Virus record (IMG/VR): IMGVR_UViG_3300035670_000085 | Location: 35,897 to 99,896 of that record | Direction: 5' to 3' (one strand) | Length of the DNA: 64,000 nt | Source of the DNA: a virus | Shown: one piece after another, positions 9,939 to 16,908 of the stretch | Numbering within the stretch: the stretch's first letter is position 1 | Layout: each line of letters opens with the position of its first letter | The notes under the pieces: model-generated | Seen by the model: only the letters and a program-made list of their open reading frames with translations | Told to the model about the DNA's origin: nothing | Database searches by the model: none | Translations under genes and position numbers: made by a program

Positions 9939-10243
9939 AAAAATATAAATCATTATTTAAAGAATCTGAACAAAAAGCTAGTTACGATTTGGTAGCAAAT
10001 CTTTATAAAAAGGGTTCAAAATGGAGAACTATAGAGTGGGCAAATAATAATGATAAAGCAATAATATCTAATCTATCTCCAACTCTTTTAAAAAAAGGAG
10101 AGAATTGTAATATTGAGATGATGAAAGGTTCTTCTCAATTTAATCTCATAATTTCATGGAAAAACTCTAGCAATGTCATATTAGGATGCTCACTTTCTTT
10201 TGATAATGAAAAAGAAGCACAGAAAGAAGGGTGGAGTATATGA
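9935..10243 (+). CDS. Leader-bearing putative internal head protein
   Basis: MKKYKSLFKE. Confidence 0.7.
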   Translation: MKKYKSLFKESEQKASYDLVANLYKKGSKWRTIEWANNNDKAIISNLSPTLLKKGENCNIEMMKGSSQFNLIISWKNSSNVILGCSLSFDNEKEAQKEGWSI

Positions 10244-10467
10244 AGCGTTATACACCAATAAAACTACAAGAACAAGATGAAGAAGAATTACATCCACGAG
10301 TTCTTGAAATACTCGATTGTTTCAAAAACGAAGATTTTAATAATTTTTCAAAACGTCTTGATTTTGCATCAAAGCTACTTGAAATTATAGTATTATCAAA
10401 GGATGTTCGTATAAGAAGACTCATAAAGAAAATCTGTCAGGCAATAAAAGAAATAGAGGAGGAATAA
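10240..10467 (+). CDS. Leader-variant putative internal head protein
   Basis: MKRYTPIKLQE; ATGA overlap at 10240. Confidence 0.65.
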   Translation: MKRYTPIKLQEQDEEELHPRVLEILDCFKNEDFNNFSKRLDFASKLLEIIVLSKDVRIRRLIKKICQAIKEIEEE

Positions 10468-10469
10468 AA

Positions 10470-10712
10470 ATGAAAAGATATAAGAGTATTTTAAAAGAAG
10501 CACAACCAATTCATATCGGAAAAGTTACTGTTTTTGTTCATTTGAAAATCAAAGAAGAAGAAGTAAGTAAGATTATAGATCTATTTGATAATATAGATAG
10601 CGATCAAAAAATTCAAAATTTTCAATATTTAGCTGGAAATATGAAACTTAAAAATTTAGCAAAATTTATTGATAATAAAAATATTTATCTTTTAAGAATT
10701 TCAGAGGAATAA
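10470..10712 (+). CDS. Leader-bearing putative internal head protein
   Basis: MKRYKSILKE. Confidence 0.7.
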   Translation: MKRYKSILKEAQPIHIGKVTVFVHLKIKEEEVSKIIDLFDNIDSDQKIQNFQYLAGNMKLKNLAKFIDNKNIYLLRISEE

Positions 10713-10714
10713 AA

Positions 10715-10963
10715 ATGAAAAGATATAAAAGCATTATTAAAGAAGCTGAATTTTCAAAAGGAAACATCCAGGCAATAATTGCCGCATTTAAAGAATGTGG
10801 ATTTAAAGTTGAAGGGAAAGAAGGCGAACAGAAAGAAGGAATTTTTTATGCTTCTTTTGAGAAAGGAAAAGAAATTCTCTCTATAGAGGATGCTATAGAA
10901 AACTTACAAGCATTAAAAAAAAACGATAGAAAAAACACAGGATATAGATTTGAAATAGTATAG
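10715..10963 (+). CDS. Leader-bearing putative internal head protein
   Basis: MKRYKSIIKE. Confidence 0.7.
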   Translation: MKRYKSIIKEAEFSKGNIQAIIAAFKECGFKVEGKEGEQKEGIFYASFEKGKEILSIEDAIENLQALKKNDRKNTGYRFEIV

Positions 10964-11009
10964 CACGACAATCCAATCAGATTTGATATATCCGACTGAG
11001 AGAGTAATT

Positions 11010-11357
11010 ATGATAACTGAAAAAATTGCAATAGTTAACGCAGACCTCGTAGCGGGAAAAGCGGTTAAAACAATAGAAGATATATCTTTAACTAGATTAG
11101 ATGCACAAGCTTCATCGAAACAATATATTCCTATCAAAATAAAATGTACTAATAACACTAATGTTTCTGGCAATTTTATTGCATTTTCTGATATGGAATA
11201 TATACAATATATAGCAACACCAACAATTACTGATTTAGTTCCTTTAGCAATCGGTGAATCGTTTGAATATATTCCAACAAATCAAAAAATGACAACTATT
11301 GTGGTCGAGTCTGCTGTTTTTACTGGAACCTATGATATAGAAATTTGGAAAGAATAA
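11010..11357 (+). CDS. Beta-rich virion protein candidate, paralog of 8982-9335
   Basis: MITEKIAIV start after GAGAG; aligns with the 8982 ORF. Confidence 0.55.
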   Translation: MITEKIAIVNADLVAGKAVKTIEDISLTRLDAQASSKQYIPIKIKCTNNTNVSGNFIAFSDMEYIQYIATPTITDLVPLAIGESFEYIPTNQKMTTIVVESAVFTGTYDIEIWKE

Positions 11358-11376
11358 ATTTTGAAGTTTAAATAAA

Positions 11377-11607
11377 ATGAAAAGGTACAAGAGTGTTATT
11401 AAGGAATCTGGGGATAATTATGAGAATTTTGGCATCTCCTTATCAAAAATGTATAGTAAATCGACAAATATGACGCAATTAGCCAATATGATTTCAAATA
11501 GTATTGGAGAAGAGATCGGAGATAGCGAGGATTTAATAAAGGTATCTAAAACTCTTATTGGTAATTTACAAGACCTTATAAATGATGCAAAATCTTCAAG
11601 AGAATAA
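11377..11607 (+). CDS. Leader-bearing putative internal head protein
   Basis: MKRYKSVIKE. Confidence 0.7.
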   Translation: MKRYKSVIKESGDNYENFGISLSKMYSKSTNMTQLANMISNSIGEEIGDSEDLIKVSKTLIGNLQDLINDAKSSRE

Positions 11608-11609
11608 AT

Positions 11610-11771
11610 ATGATAATTGAAAAAATTGCAATAGTTAGCTTTGAGAGCGACCCAAAAACGTATAGTGAAATGCGTAAGCTTGTGGACGAACATTTCTCCG
11701 AAAAGGGTGGAGGTTGGTCTAGCGGTTTTAGGAATTTTATAAAATACGTAAGGGGAGAGGAAGTATATTAA
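11610..11771 (+). CDS. 53-aa ORF whose first 9 codons copy the 11010 gene start
   Basis: MIIEKIAIV vs MITEKIAIV; near-identical 28 nt, then unrelated. Confidence 0.5.
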   Translation: MIIEKIAIVSFESDPKTYSEMRKLVDEHFSEKGGGWSSGFRNFIKYVRGEEVY

Positions 11772-11850
11772 AAAAAGCGGAAACGACAACTATGAAAAAT
11801 AGGAAAGAGTGCGTATAAAAAAATTTTAAACAACGAGGAAGGGAAATAAG

Positions 11851-12216
11851 ATGAAAAGATACAAATCAATTTTAAACGAAGAATCACAATTTTCTAAAAA
11901 TTTACATAAGTATTTAAGACATTATGATAATCTTGAAACTTATAGCGAGTTAATTAAATTAATAAAAACTATAAATTATAATAAAAAAATAGAAACAGAT
12001 GAAGCAAAACAAAATGTTTATAAAGCTGTAATTTTATTGCTTCTTGGATATACTGGTTCAGAAGTGAGTAATAAACGTGATTATCTTTCTAAAGAATGGG
12101 AGAAAGAGGAAGAAAGTAAGAACGAAACTCCAGATGAATTTATGAAAAGAATGAAAATGGTGCCTTATAAAGAAAATTTGTCATGCAATAAAAGAAATGG
12201 AGGAGGAATAAAATGA
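11851..12216 (+). CDS. Leader-bearing putative internal head protein
   Basis: MKRYKSILNE. Confidence 0.7.
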   Translation: MKRYKSILNEESQFSKNLHKYLRHYDNLETYSELIKLIKTINYNKKIETDEAKQNVYKAVILLLLGYTGSEVSNKRDYLSKEWEKEEESKNETPDEFMKRMKMVPYKENLSCNKRNGGGIK

Positions 12217-12524
12217 AACGATATAGAAGTATTTTTAAAGAAGAAAAAAATTTACCTAATATGGATATTGATTCTTTTGTTAAAGAATTAATGAAAAATA
12301 GAAATTTAAAAGATACTTTTAAATCGTATACTATTGATGAATCTTATGAAAATCCAGATGGAGATTTTAATTCTGTTATTTATTTAGAAGATTTTATAAC
12401 TGAAAGACCAAGTTATGATTTTGTGAATCATTTACGCAGGATTGTTAATAAAAATGAAGATATTATTGATAGTAATATTGGTCGGGACAAATATAGAGTT
12501 GTTTTAAATATAACCCATAAATAA
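12213..12524 (+). CDS. Leader-bearing putative internal head protein
   Basis: MKRYRSIFKE. Confidence 0.7.
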   Translation: MKRYRSIFKEEKNLPNMDIDSFVKELMKNRNLKDTFKSYTIDESYENPDGDFNSVIYLEDFITERPSYDFVNHLRRIVNKNEDIIDSNIGRDKYRVVLNITHK

Positions 12525-12539
12525 AAAGGTGGAAATAAA

Positions 12540-12743
12540 ATGAAACGATACAAATCGATACTTAAAGAAGGAATGAGATACAATACTAGCTATTTTGAAG
12601 CAGGAAAAGATTTAAGATCAGCAAAAAAAATAGATACTGTAATTGGTGTTTTAGAAGAAATGATTATGGAATTAAAAGCTTGGAAAAAAGAAGGAGCTAA
12701 AGAAGTTCAAGGAAATAAAAATGAATTTATTCCATTATGGTAA
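12540..12743 (+). CDS. Leader-bearing putative internal head protein
   Basis: MKRYKSILKE. Confidence 0.7.
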   Translation: MKRYKSILKEGMRYNTSYFEAGKDLRSAKKIDTVIGVLEEMIMELKAWKKEGAKEVQGNKNEFIPLW

Positions 12744-12761
12744 TAGTGTAGGTAAAAGAAA

Positions 12762-14828
12762 ATGGCTAAAATAAAATTAGTTGAAAAGATAGGAATTAAT
12801 GTTCCTATTGAAAATATAAAAGTTTTTGATAAAGTAAAGATAGTAGAAGCTGCCGGAAAGAATTACGAGGCTATAGCAGTAATTGAGAAAGTACCTTTTA
12901 CTAGATTTGGCAGTGTTAATGATAACAATAGATATTATCCACGTAAACTTTGGGAAAAAGTTATAAAAGAAGGAGTATGTGAAGGAAGCTCTCTTTATAC
13001 AAACCATGCAGAAAATGAAACAGATGTATCTAAAAAAGCAGGTATCTGGCATAATGCATTTATTGACGATAAGAATAAAGTATGCAGAGCAGATCTTTAT
13101 CTTATAGGACCAAACGGACAACTCTTTCTCGATGCTTTAAAAGCTGGTTCAAAAGGGGAGGGTATCAGTTCAGTTGGCTACGGTGAGTTTGAAGATAGAT
13201 ACGAAGAATTAAAAGAATTTGGTAATATAGGACATGATGTAAAAGTAGTACGATGGGACACGTATGATGGAGAGTCTTATGGCGACTGGGTACATCAGCC
13301 GTCTCAAAACGTATTTGCAACATTAGAAAATATTAAAGAAAATAATGAAAACTCTTCTAATTTAAATGAAAGTTATACTAATAATAGTAAAGCTACTAAT
13401 GATAAATTAGATGAAAATATAAAATTACAAGAGAATAAAAAAGAGGTTTATATGGATAAGTCGATATTGAAGAATATGGTATTGAATGAAATAAAACGTT
13501 CAAAAAATAATCCTAATCTTCTTGAAGCAATTCAAGGATTGAAAGAGATTGACACTGCTGGTGATTCTGAACTTAATAATAGAGTAAATGATGCAATTGA
13601 AACTCTCACAACTAAACTTGAAGAAAGTAAAAGTAATGCAGAAAAACAGCTCAATGAAAGCACAACTAAATTGAATGAAATGACTGCTAAATATAATAAA
13701 CTTGTTGAGAATTATAAAAAAGCTACTTCTAAAGTTGTAGAATTGACAGAATCAACAAAACTTATGGAATCCGATATTAAATGCTTGGTAGAAGATTCTA
13801 ATCTCCGTGATAATGATATTAAATGTCTTACAGAAGACCGTAAAGTTATGATATCCGATCTTAAAAAAATGATTGAAGATCGTAAAGCAATGAGAAAAGA
13901 TATTAATGTTCTTACTACTAAATTGAAAGAAGCTGAAGAAGTTATTGGTCAACAAGAAGATGAACTTGAAAAACGTGGATTTGAATTTGAAGAAGATGAT
14001 GAAGAAGTAGAATTTGATGCGGAAGGAAATCCTATAGTAAAAGAGCCTGTAACAGAAGAAGAAATGCCTGCACCTGAAGTGCTTCCAGAAACCCCGGCAG
14101 AAATAAAAGAAGAAGGTGACGAACAAGAACTTCCTATGCAAATCGATCCTCTTCCAACTGAACCTGCAATGGTTGAAGAAGAAGATGAAATGATGAATCT
14201 TGATTTTGAAGATGAAGAAGAAGTTGAAGAACTTGAAGAAGAAGATGCTTTTGATGCATTTGCTCCTGCAGGTGAAGAAATGGATGAGCCTATGGTAGAA
14301 GAAGATGAGATGGAAATGCCTGTTGAGGAAATGCCAGTTGAAGAAGCTCCGGCAGAAGAAGTGAAAGAAGAAGAAATGCCTGCACCTGAAACTCTTGACA
14401 CTCCTCCTGCACCGGCTCCTGCTCCTATAGCCATAGAAGAACCTAAACCAGAAGAAACTAAAATGGTTGAGGAAGACGAAGAAGAAAAAGAAGATGAAGA
14501 AGAAGTTGAAGAACCAGAAGAAGAAAAAGAAGAAATGAAAGAATCTGTAATTAAGTTTTCATGGGAACCAAAAAAAGAAGTTAAAAAAGCTCCTGTAAAA
14601 ACTAAAATCGTAGAAAATAATATTAAGGCTGATCTTAAAAAATTCTATGAAAGTCAGATTGCAAAGAATCCTTCTGTAAAAGCTATTGAAAAACAAATCA
14701 TGTCTGCTAAATCTTTGTTAGAGGCCTTTGATATGGTTGATGTATTCAAGAGCAGAAAGTCAGATAAACTTGTGAAAGTTACTGAAAGTAAAAAATCTGA
14801 TGGTAATGTGATAAAATTTAAATTCTAA
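12762..14828 (+). CDS. Prohead protease (T4 gp21-like) fused to a coiled-coil/acidic scaffold domain
   Basis: VNDNNRYYP, NH, GISSVGYG and DWVHQPS match gp21 motifs; coiled coil and Glu/Pro-rich C-terminal part; upstream of the capsid gene. Confidence 0.85.
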   Translation: MAKIKLVEKIGINVPIENIKVFDKVKIVEAAGKNYEAIAVIEKVPFTRFGSVNDNNRYYPRKLWEKVIKEGVCEGSSLYTNHAENETDVSKKAGIWHNAFIDDKNKVCRADLYLIGPNGQLFLDALKAGSKGEGISSVGYGEFEDRYEELKEFGNIGHDVKVVRWDTYDGESYGDWVHQPSQNVFATLENIKENNENSSNLNESYTNNSKATNDKLDENIKLQENKKEVYMDKSILKNMVLNEIKRSKNNPNLLEAIQGLKEIDTAGDSELNNRVNDAIETLTTKLEESKSNAEKQLNESTTKLNEMTAKYNKLVENYKKATSKVVELTESTKLMESDIKCLVEDSNLRDNDIKCLTEDRKVMISDLKKMIEDRKAMRKDINVLTTKLKEAEEVIGQQEDELEKRGFEFEEDDEEVEFDAEGNPIVKEPVTEEEMPAPEVLPETPAEIKEEGDEQELPMQIDPLPTEPAMVEEEDEMMNLDFEDEEEVEELEEEDAFDAFAPAGEEMDEPMVEEDEMEMPVEEMPVEEAPAEEVKEEEMPAPETLDTPPAPAPAPIAIEEPKPEETKMVEEDEEEKEDEEEVEEPEEEKEEMKESVIKFSWEPKKEVKKAPVKTKIVENNIKADLKKFYESQIAKNPSVKAIEKQIMSAKSLLEAFDMVDVFKSRKSDKLVKVTESKKSDGNVIKFKF
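13374..13386 (+). promoter_or_regulatory. Intragenic late promoter (TATACTAATAATA)
   Basis: Late motif inside the protease-scaffold linker. Confidence 0.65.
13452..14828 (+). CDS. Nested in-frame scaffold protein (from Met231)
   Basis: AAGAGGT SD just before the ATG at 13452; late promoter about 65 nt upstream. Confidence 0.65.
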   Translation: MDKSILKNMVLNEIKRSKNNPNLLEAIQGLKEIDTAGDSELNNRVNDAIETLTTKLEESKSNAEKQLNESTTKLNEMTAKYNKLVENYKKATSKVVELTESTKLMESDIKCLVEDSNLRDNDIKCLTEDRKVMISDLKKMIEDRKAMRKDINVLTTKLKEAEEVIGQQEDELEKRGFEFEEDDEEVEFDAEGNPIVKEPVTEEEMPAPEVLPETPAEIKEEGDEQELPMQIDPLPTEPAMVEEEDEMMNLDFEDEEEVEELEEEDAFDAFAPAGEEMDEPMVEEDEMEMPVEEMPVEEAPAEEVKEEEMPAPETLDTPPAPAPAPIAIEEPKPEETKMVEEDEEEKEDEEEVEEPEEEKEEMKESVIKFSWEPKKEVKKAPVKTKIVENNIKADLKKFYESQIAKNPSVKAIEKQIMSAKSLLEAFDMVDVFKSRKSDKLVKVTESKKSDGNVIKFKF

Positions 14829-14839
14829 TAAAAAATAAA

Positions 14840-14876
14840 CTCAAAGGAGGAATTCAAACTCCTTTGAGATTTCTTT
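14840..14876 (+). terminator. Intrinsic terminator/hairpin
   Basis: CTCAAAGGAG/CTCCTTTGAG stem, then ATTTCTTT. Confidence 0.75.
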
Positions 14877-14889
14877 AAAGATAATAAAA

Positions 14890-15105
14890 ATGAAACGATA
14901 TAAATCATTATTCAAAGAAGAATTTCCTCTTAATTACAAACAAGGAATGTTTCTTAAAAACATTATAGAGGAATATCTTATAGATATTGGAAAAGAAGAA
15001 AAAAGAAAAGAAGCGTTTACTATAATTTTACATGCAATATCTAACCATAAACTTGATTTTGATAAAGATAAAATTTTATTGTTTTTACAGAAAAAATATA
15101 ATTAA
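14890..15105 (+). CDS. Leader-bearing putative internal head protein
   Basis: MKRYKSLFKE; lies between scaffold and capsid genes. Confidence 0.7.
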   Translation: MKRYKSLFKEEFPLNYKQGMFLKNIIEEYLIDIGKEEKRKEAFTIILHAISNHKLDFDKDKILLFLQKKYN

Positions 15106-15126
15106 AAAATTCATTTTTAAATAATT

Positions 15127-15140
15127 TATACTAATAAATA
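15127..15140 (+). promoter_or_regulatory. Late promoter of the major capsid gene
   Basis: Exact TATACTAATAAATA. Confidence 0.85.
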
Positions 15141-15155
15141 TAAGTTGAAGATATT

Positions 15156-15253
15156 CTATCAAAAGATAGTTTGTATAAAAAAGACGATTCAAAAGAATCA
15201 AATGCAATAGTAGTTCTCAAAAGAGATCATTAATAGTGCCTTTCAGAAGAAAG
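15156..15253 (+). promoter_or_regulatory. Four tandem small hairpins with C-A(A/G)AA-G loops in the capsid 5' leader
   Basis: CTATC-AAAA-GATAG, GATTC-AAAA-GAATC, TCTC-AAAA-GAGA, CTTTC-AGAA-GAAAG. Confidence 0.7.
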
Positions 15254-15310
15254 ATGTTTCGATGTTCAATTAAAATTTAAAATTAAGAAAATAATTTCAA
15301 AAGAGGAAAT

Positions 15311-16819
15311 ATGAGTAATCAAATGAAACTCCAAGAGGAGTTAAAAGAGCGTAACGAACGCTTGAATAAAATAACTGAAAACTGGATGAGGACTGAATTT
15401 ACAAAAGGCGATGTAATTCCTAAAACTGGAAAAACTTATCGTTCCATGCTTCAAGAAGTTGCAGCAAGGAATCCTCATCATGCAAGATGTATCGCTGCTG
15501 CAGCTCAGCAAGAATACAACCACATGAAAAAAAGTAAAATGAATGAAACTACGATTTCTACTGCTCTTCAAACGCACCCGGAAAACGTAATAAAAGTAAT
15601 CATGCTTGGTATGGCTAATTCAATTCGTCCTATGGCATTCGTAGAATGGCCAATGACAACTATTGATGATGCTATGTATTGGGTAGATCGTACATATGAA
15701 CAATCAATTCGTGGCGCAACTGCTAACGATCTGATTTATTACAGCTTGAATGGAAGGTATGCTGGGGAATCTAAAGAAGAAACAGATGCAACTGTAACTT
15801 CATGTCTCCCGAACGTACCGAATAGCGCAACTCAAAACTTTACGTTGACCCTTACTCTCAATCCTATTATCATGAAAAAAACGTATATTACGTTGAATGA
15901 TACTCTGATTGGTTATGACAGTCTTGGAACTGGTGTTATTACCCGTCCAGGGAATTCAACTGTATTGACAACCAATACAACTAATAATAATATCGATTAT
16001 ACGAATGGTATTGTAAAACTTGGTTTTACTTCTGCTCCCGCAACTGGTGCTGTTATAAAAATAGCATATGAGTGGGATTCTGAAAATACAACTCTGTTTG
16101 CTGCAAATCAAGGAACAGTAAGTGTTAATCTTCGGAAAGATCGTTTTAATGCTCGTCCAATGCCGTTAGGATACAAATTCACGGATATGGCTGGCCTTAC
16201 TCTTATGTCAACTGGTCTTGGTGACATTCATGAAATGCTTATTTCTGCAGTAGCAGATGAGCATGCAAAAGCTCGGGATGCTCGTGCAATTCAGCTCGCA
16301 TACCAACTCGCAAAAGTTAATGGTACTTATACATTTGATTGCGATTTCCGTGTAGCTGGTGAAGTTCAAGCGAAATCACACGTCCAGAAAGTTGTAGCAA
16401 AAATAGATTCTATCGGTGGTTTGATTCAGGACGATATTAAAAAAGGTCAGATCAACGTAGCTATCGCTGGTTCACAAGCACTTTCTATTCTCCGGATGCA
16501 TGACAACTGGAAAGATGATAATTCAATGCCTCGTCAAGGATGCTATAAAGCAGGTTCTGTAAACGGTATTGATGTATTCTATGCACCTGCAACTACCGGA
16601 ATTATTGGAACAGAAGACATTATTCTTTCCTATAAAAACCCGCAAGAAAATGCAGACGTTGCTCTTGCTTTCGGTAACTTTACTGAAATCAGTGCAGAAT
16701 TACGTTATCCAAATTTTACAACTGAAGGATCGTTGGCAACTGTTGAAGACGTGAAAATAATTGAGCCTAAGTTTCTCCGTCATCTTCAGCTTTCAAATAC
16801 TTCGGCTGTTCTTTCCTAG
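15311..16819 (+). CDS. Major capsid protein (gp23-like, HK97 fold) with an inserted beta domain
   Basis: 502 aa; follows protease/scaffold; strong SD, promoter and terminator; N-terminal ITENW...MNE propeptide-like region; F-x-EWPM motif; high-expression-like codon usage. Confidence 0.85.
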   Translation: MSNQMKLQEELKERNERLNKITENWMRTEFTKGDVIPKTGKTYRSMLQEVAARNPHHARCIAAAAQQEYNHMKKSKMNETTISTALQTHPENVIKVIMLGMANSIRPMAFVEWPMTTIDDAMYWVDRTYEQSIRGATANDLIYYSLNGRYAGESKEETDATVTSCLPNVPNSATQNFTLTLTLNPIIMKKTYITLNDTLIGYDSLGTGVITRPGNSTVLTTNTTNNNIDYTNGIVKLGFTSAPATGAVIKIAYEWDSENTTLFAANQGTVSVNLRKDRFNARPMPLGYKFTDMAGLTLMSTGLGDIHEMLISAVADEHAKARDARAIQLAYQLAKVNGTYTFDCDFRVAGEVQAKSHVQKVVAKIDSIGGLIQDDIKKGQINVAIAGSQALSILRMHDNWKDDNSMPRQGCYKAGSVNGIDVFYAPATTGIIGTEDIILSYKNPQENADVALAFGNFTEISAELRYPNFTTEGSLATVEDVKIIEPKFLRHLQLSNTSAVLS

Positions 16820-16849
16820 TAACAAATAGAACTTACAGATATAAAAATT

Positions 16850-16878
16850 GAGACCGGTAGAAATGCCGGTCTCTTTTT
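16850..16878 (+). terminator. Intrinsic terminator
   Basis: GAGACCGG/CCGGTCTC stem then T run; sits between convergent genes. Confidence 0.9.
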
Positions 16879-16908
16879 GTCTTTATCAAATTGTTATTTA
16901 TTATTTAG

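Noticed and set aside
3669-12743. Leader as a DNA repeat or integron attC-type cassette site
   Set aside because: Extensive synonymous variation, no palindromic attC structure and no integrase; conservation is at peptide level.
3669-12743. Leader as a Sec/Tat secretion signal
   Set aside because: No hydrophobic h-region follows the basic residues; the motif ends in Glu.
13949-14434. Ser-rich minus-strand ORFs (also 41453-41815, 13752-14141)
   Set aside because: Antisense shadows of GAA-rich acidic tracts; no SD or promoter.
15156-15253. Mini-CRISPR array
   Set aside because: Units share only the loop and closing pairs, spacing is 26-30 nt in total, and no cas genes are present.
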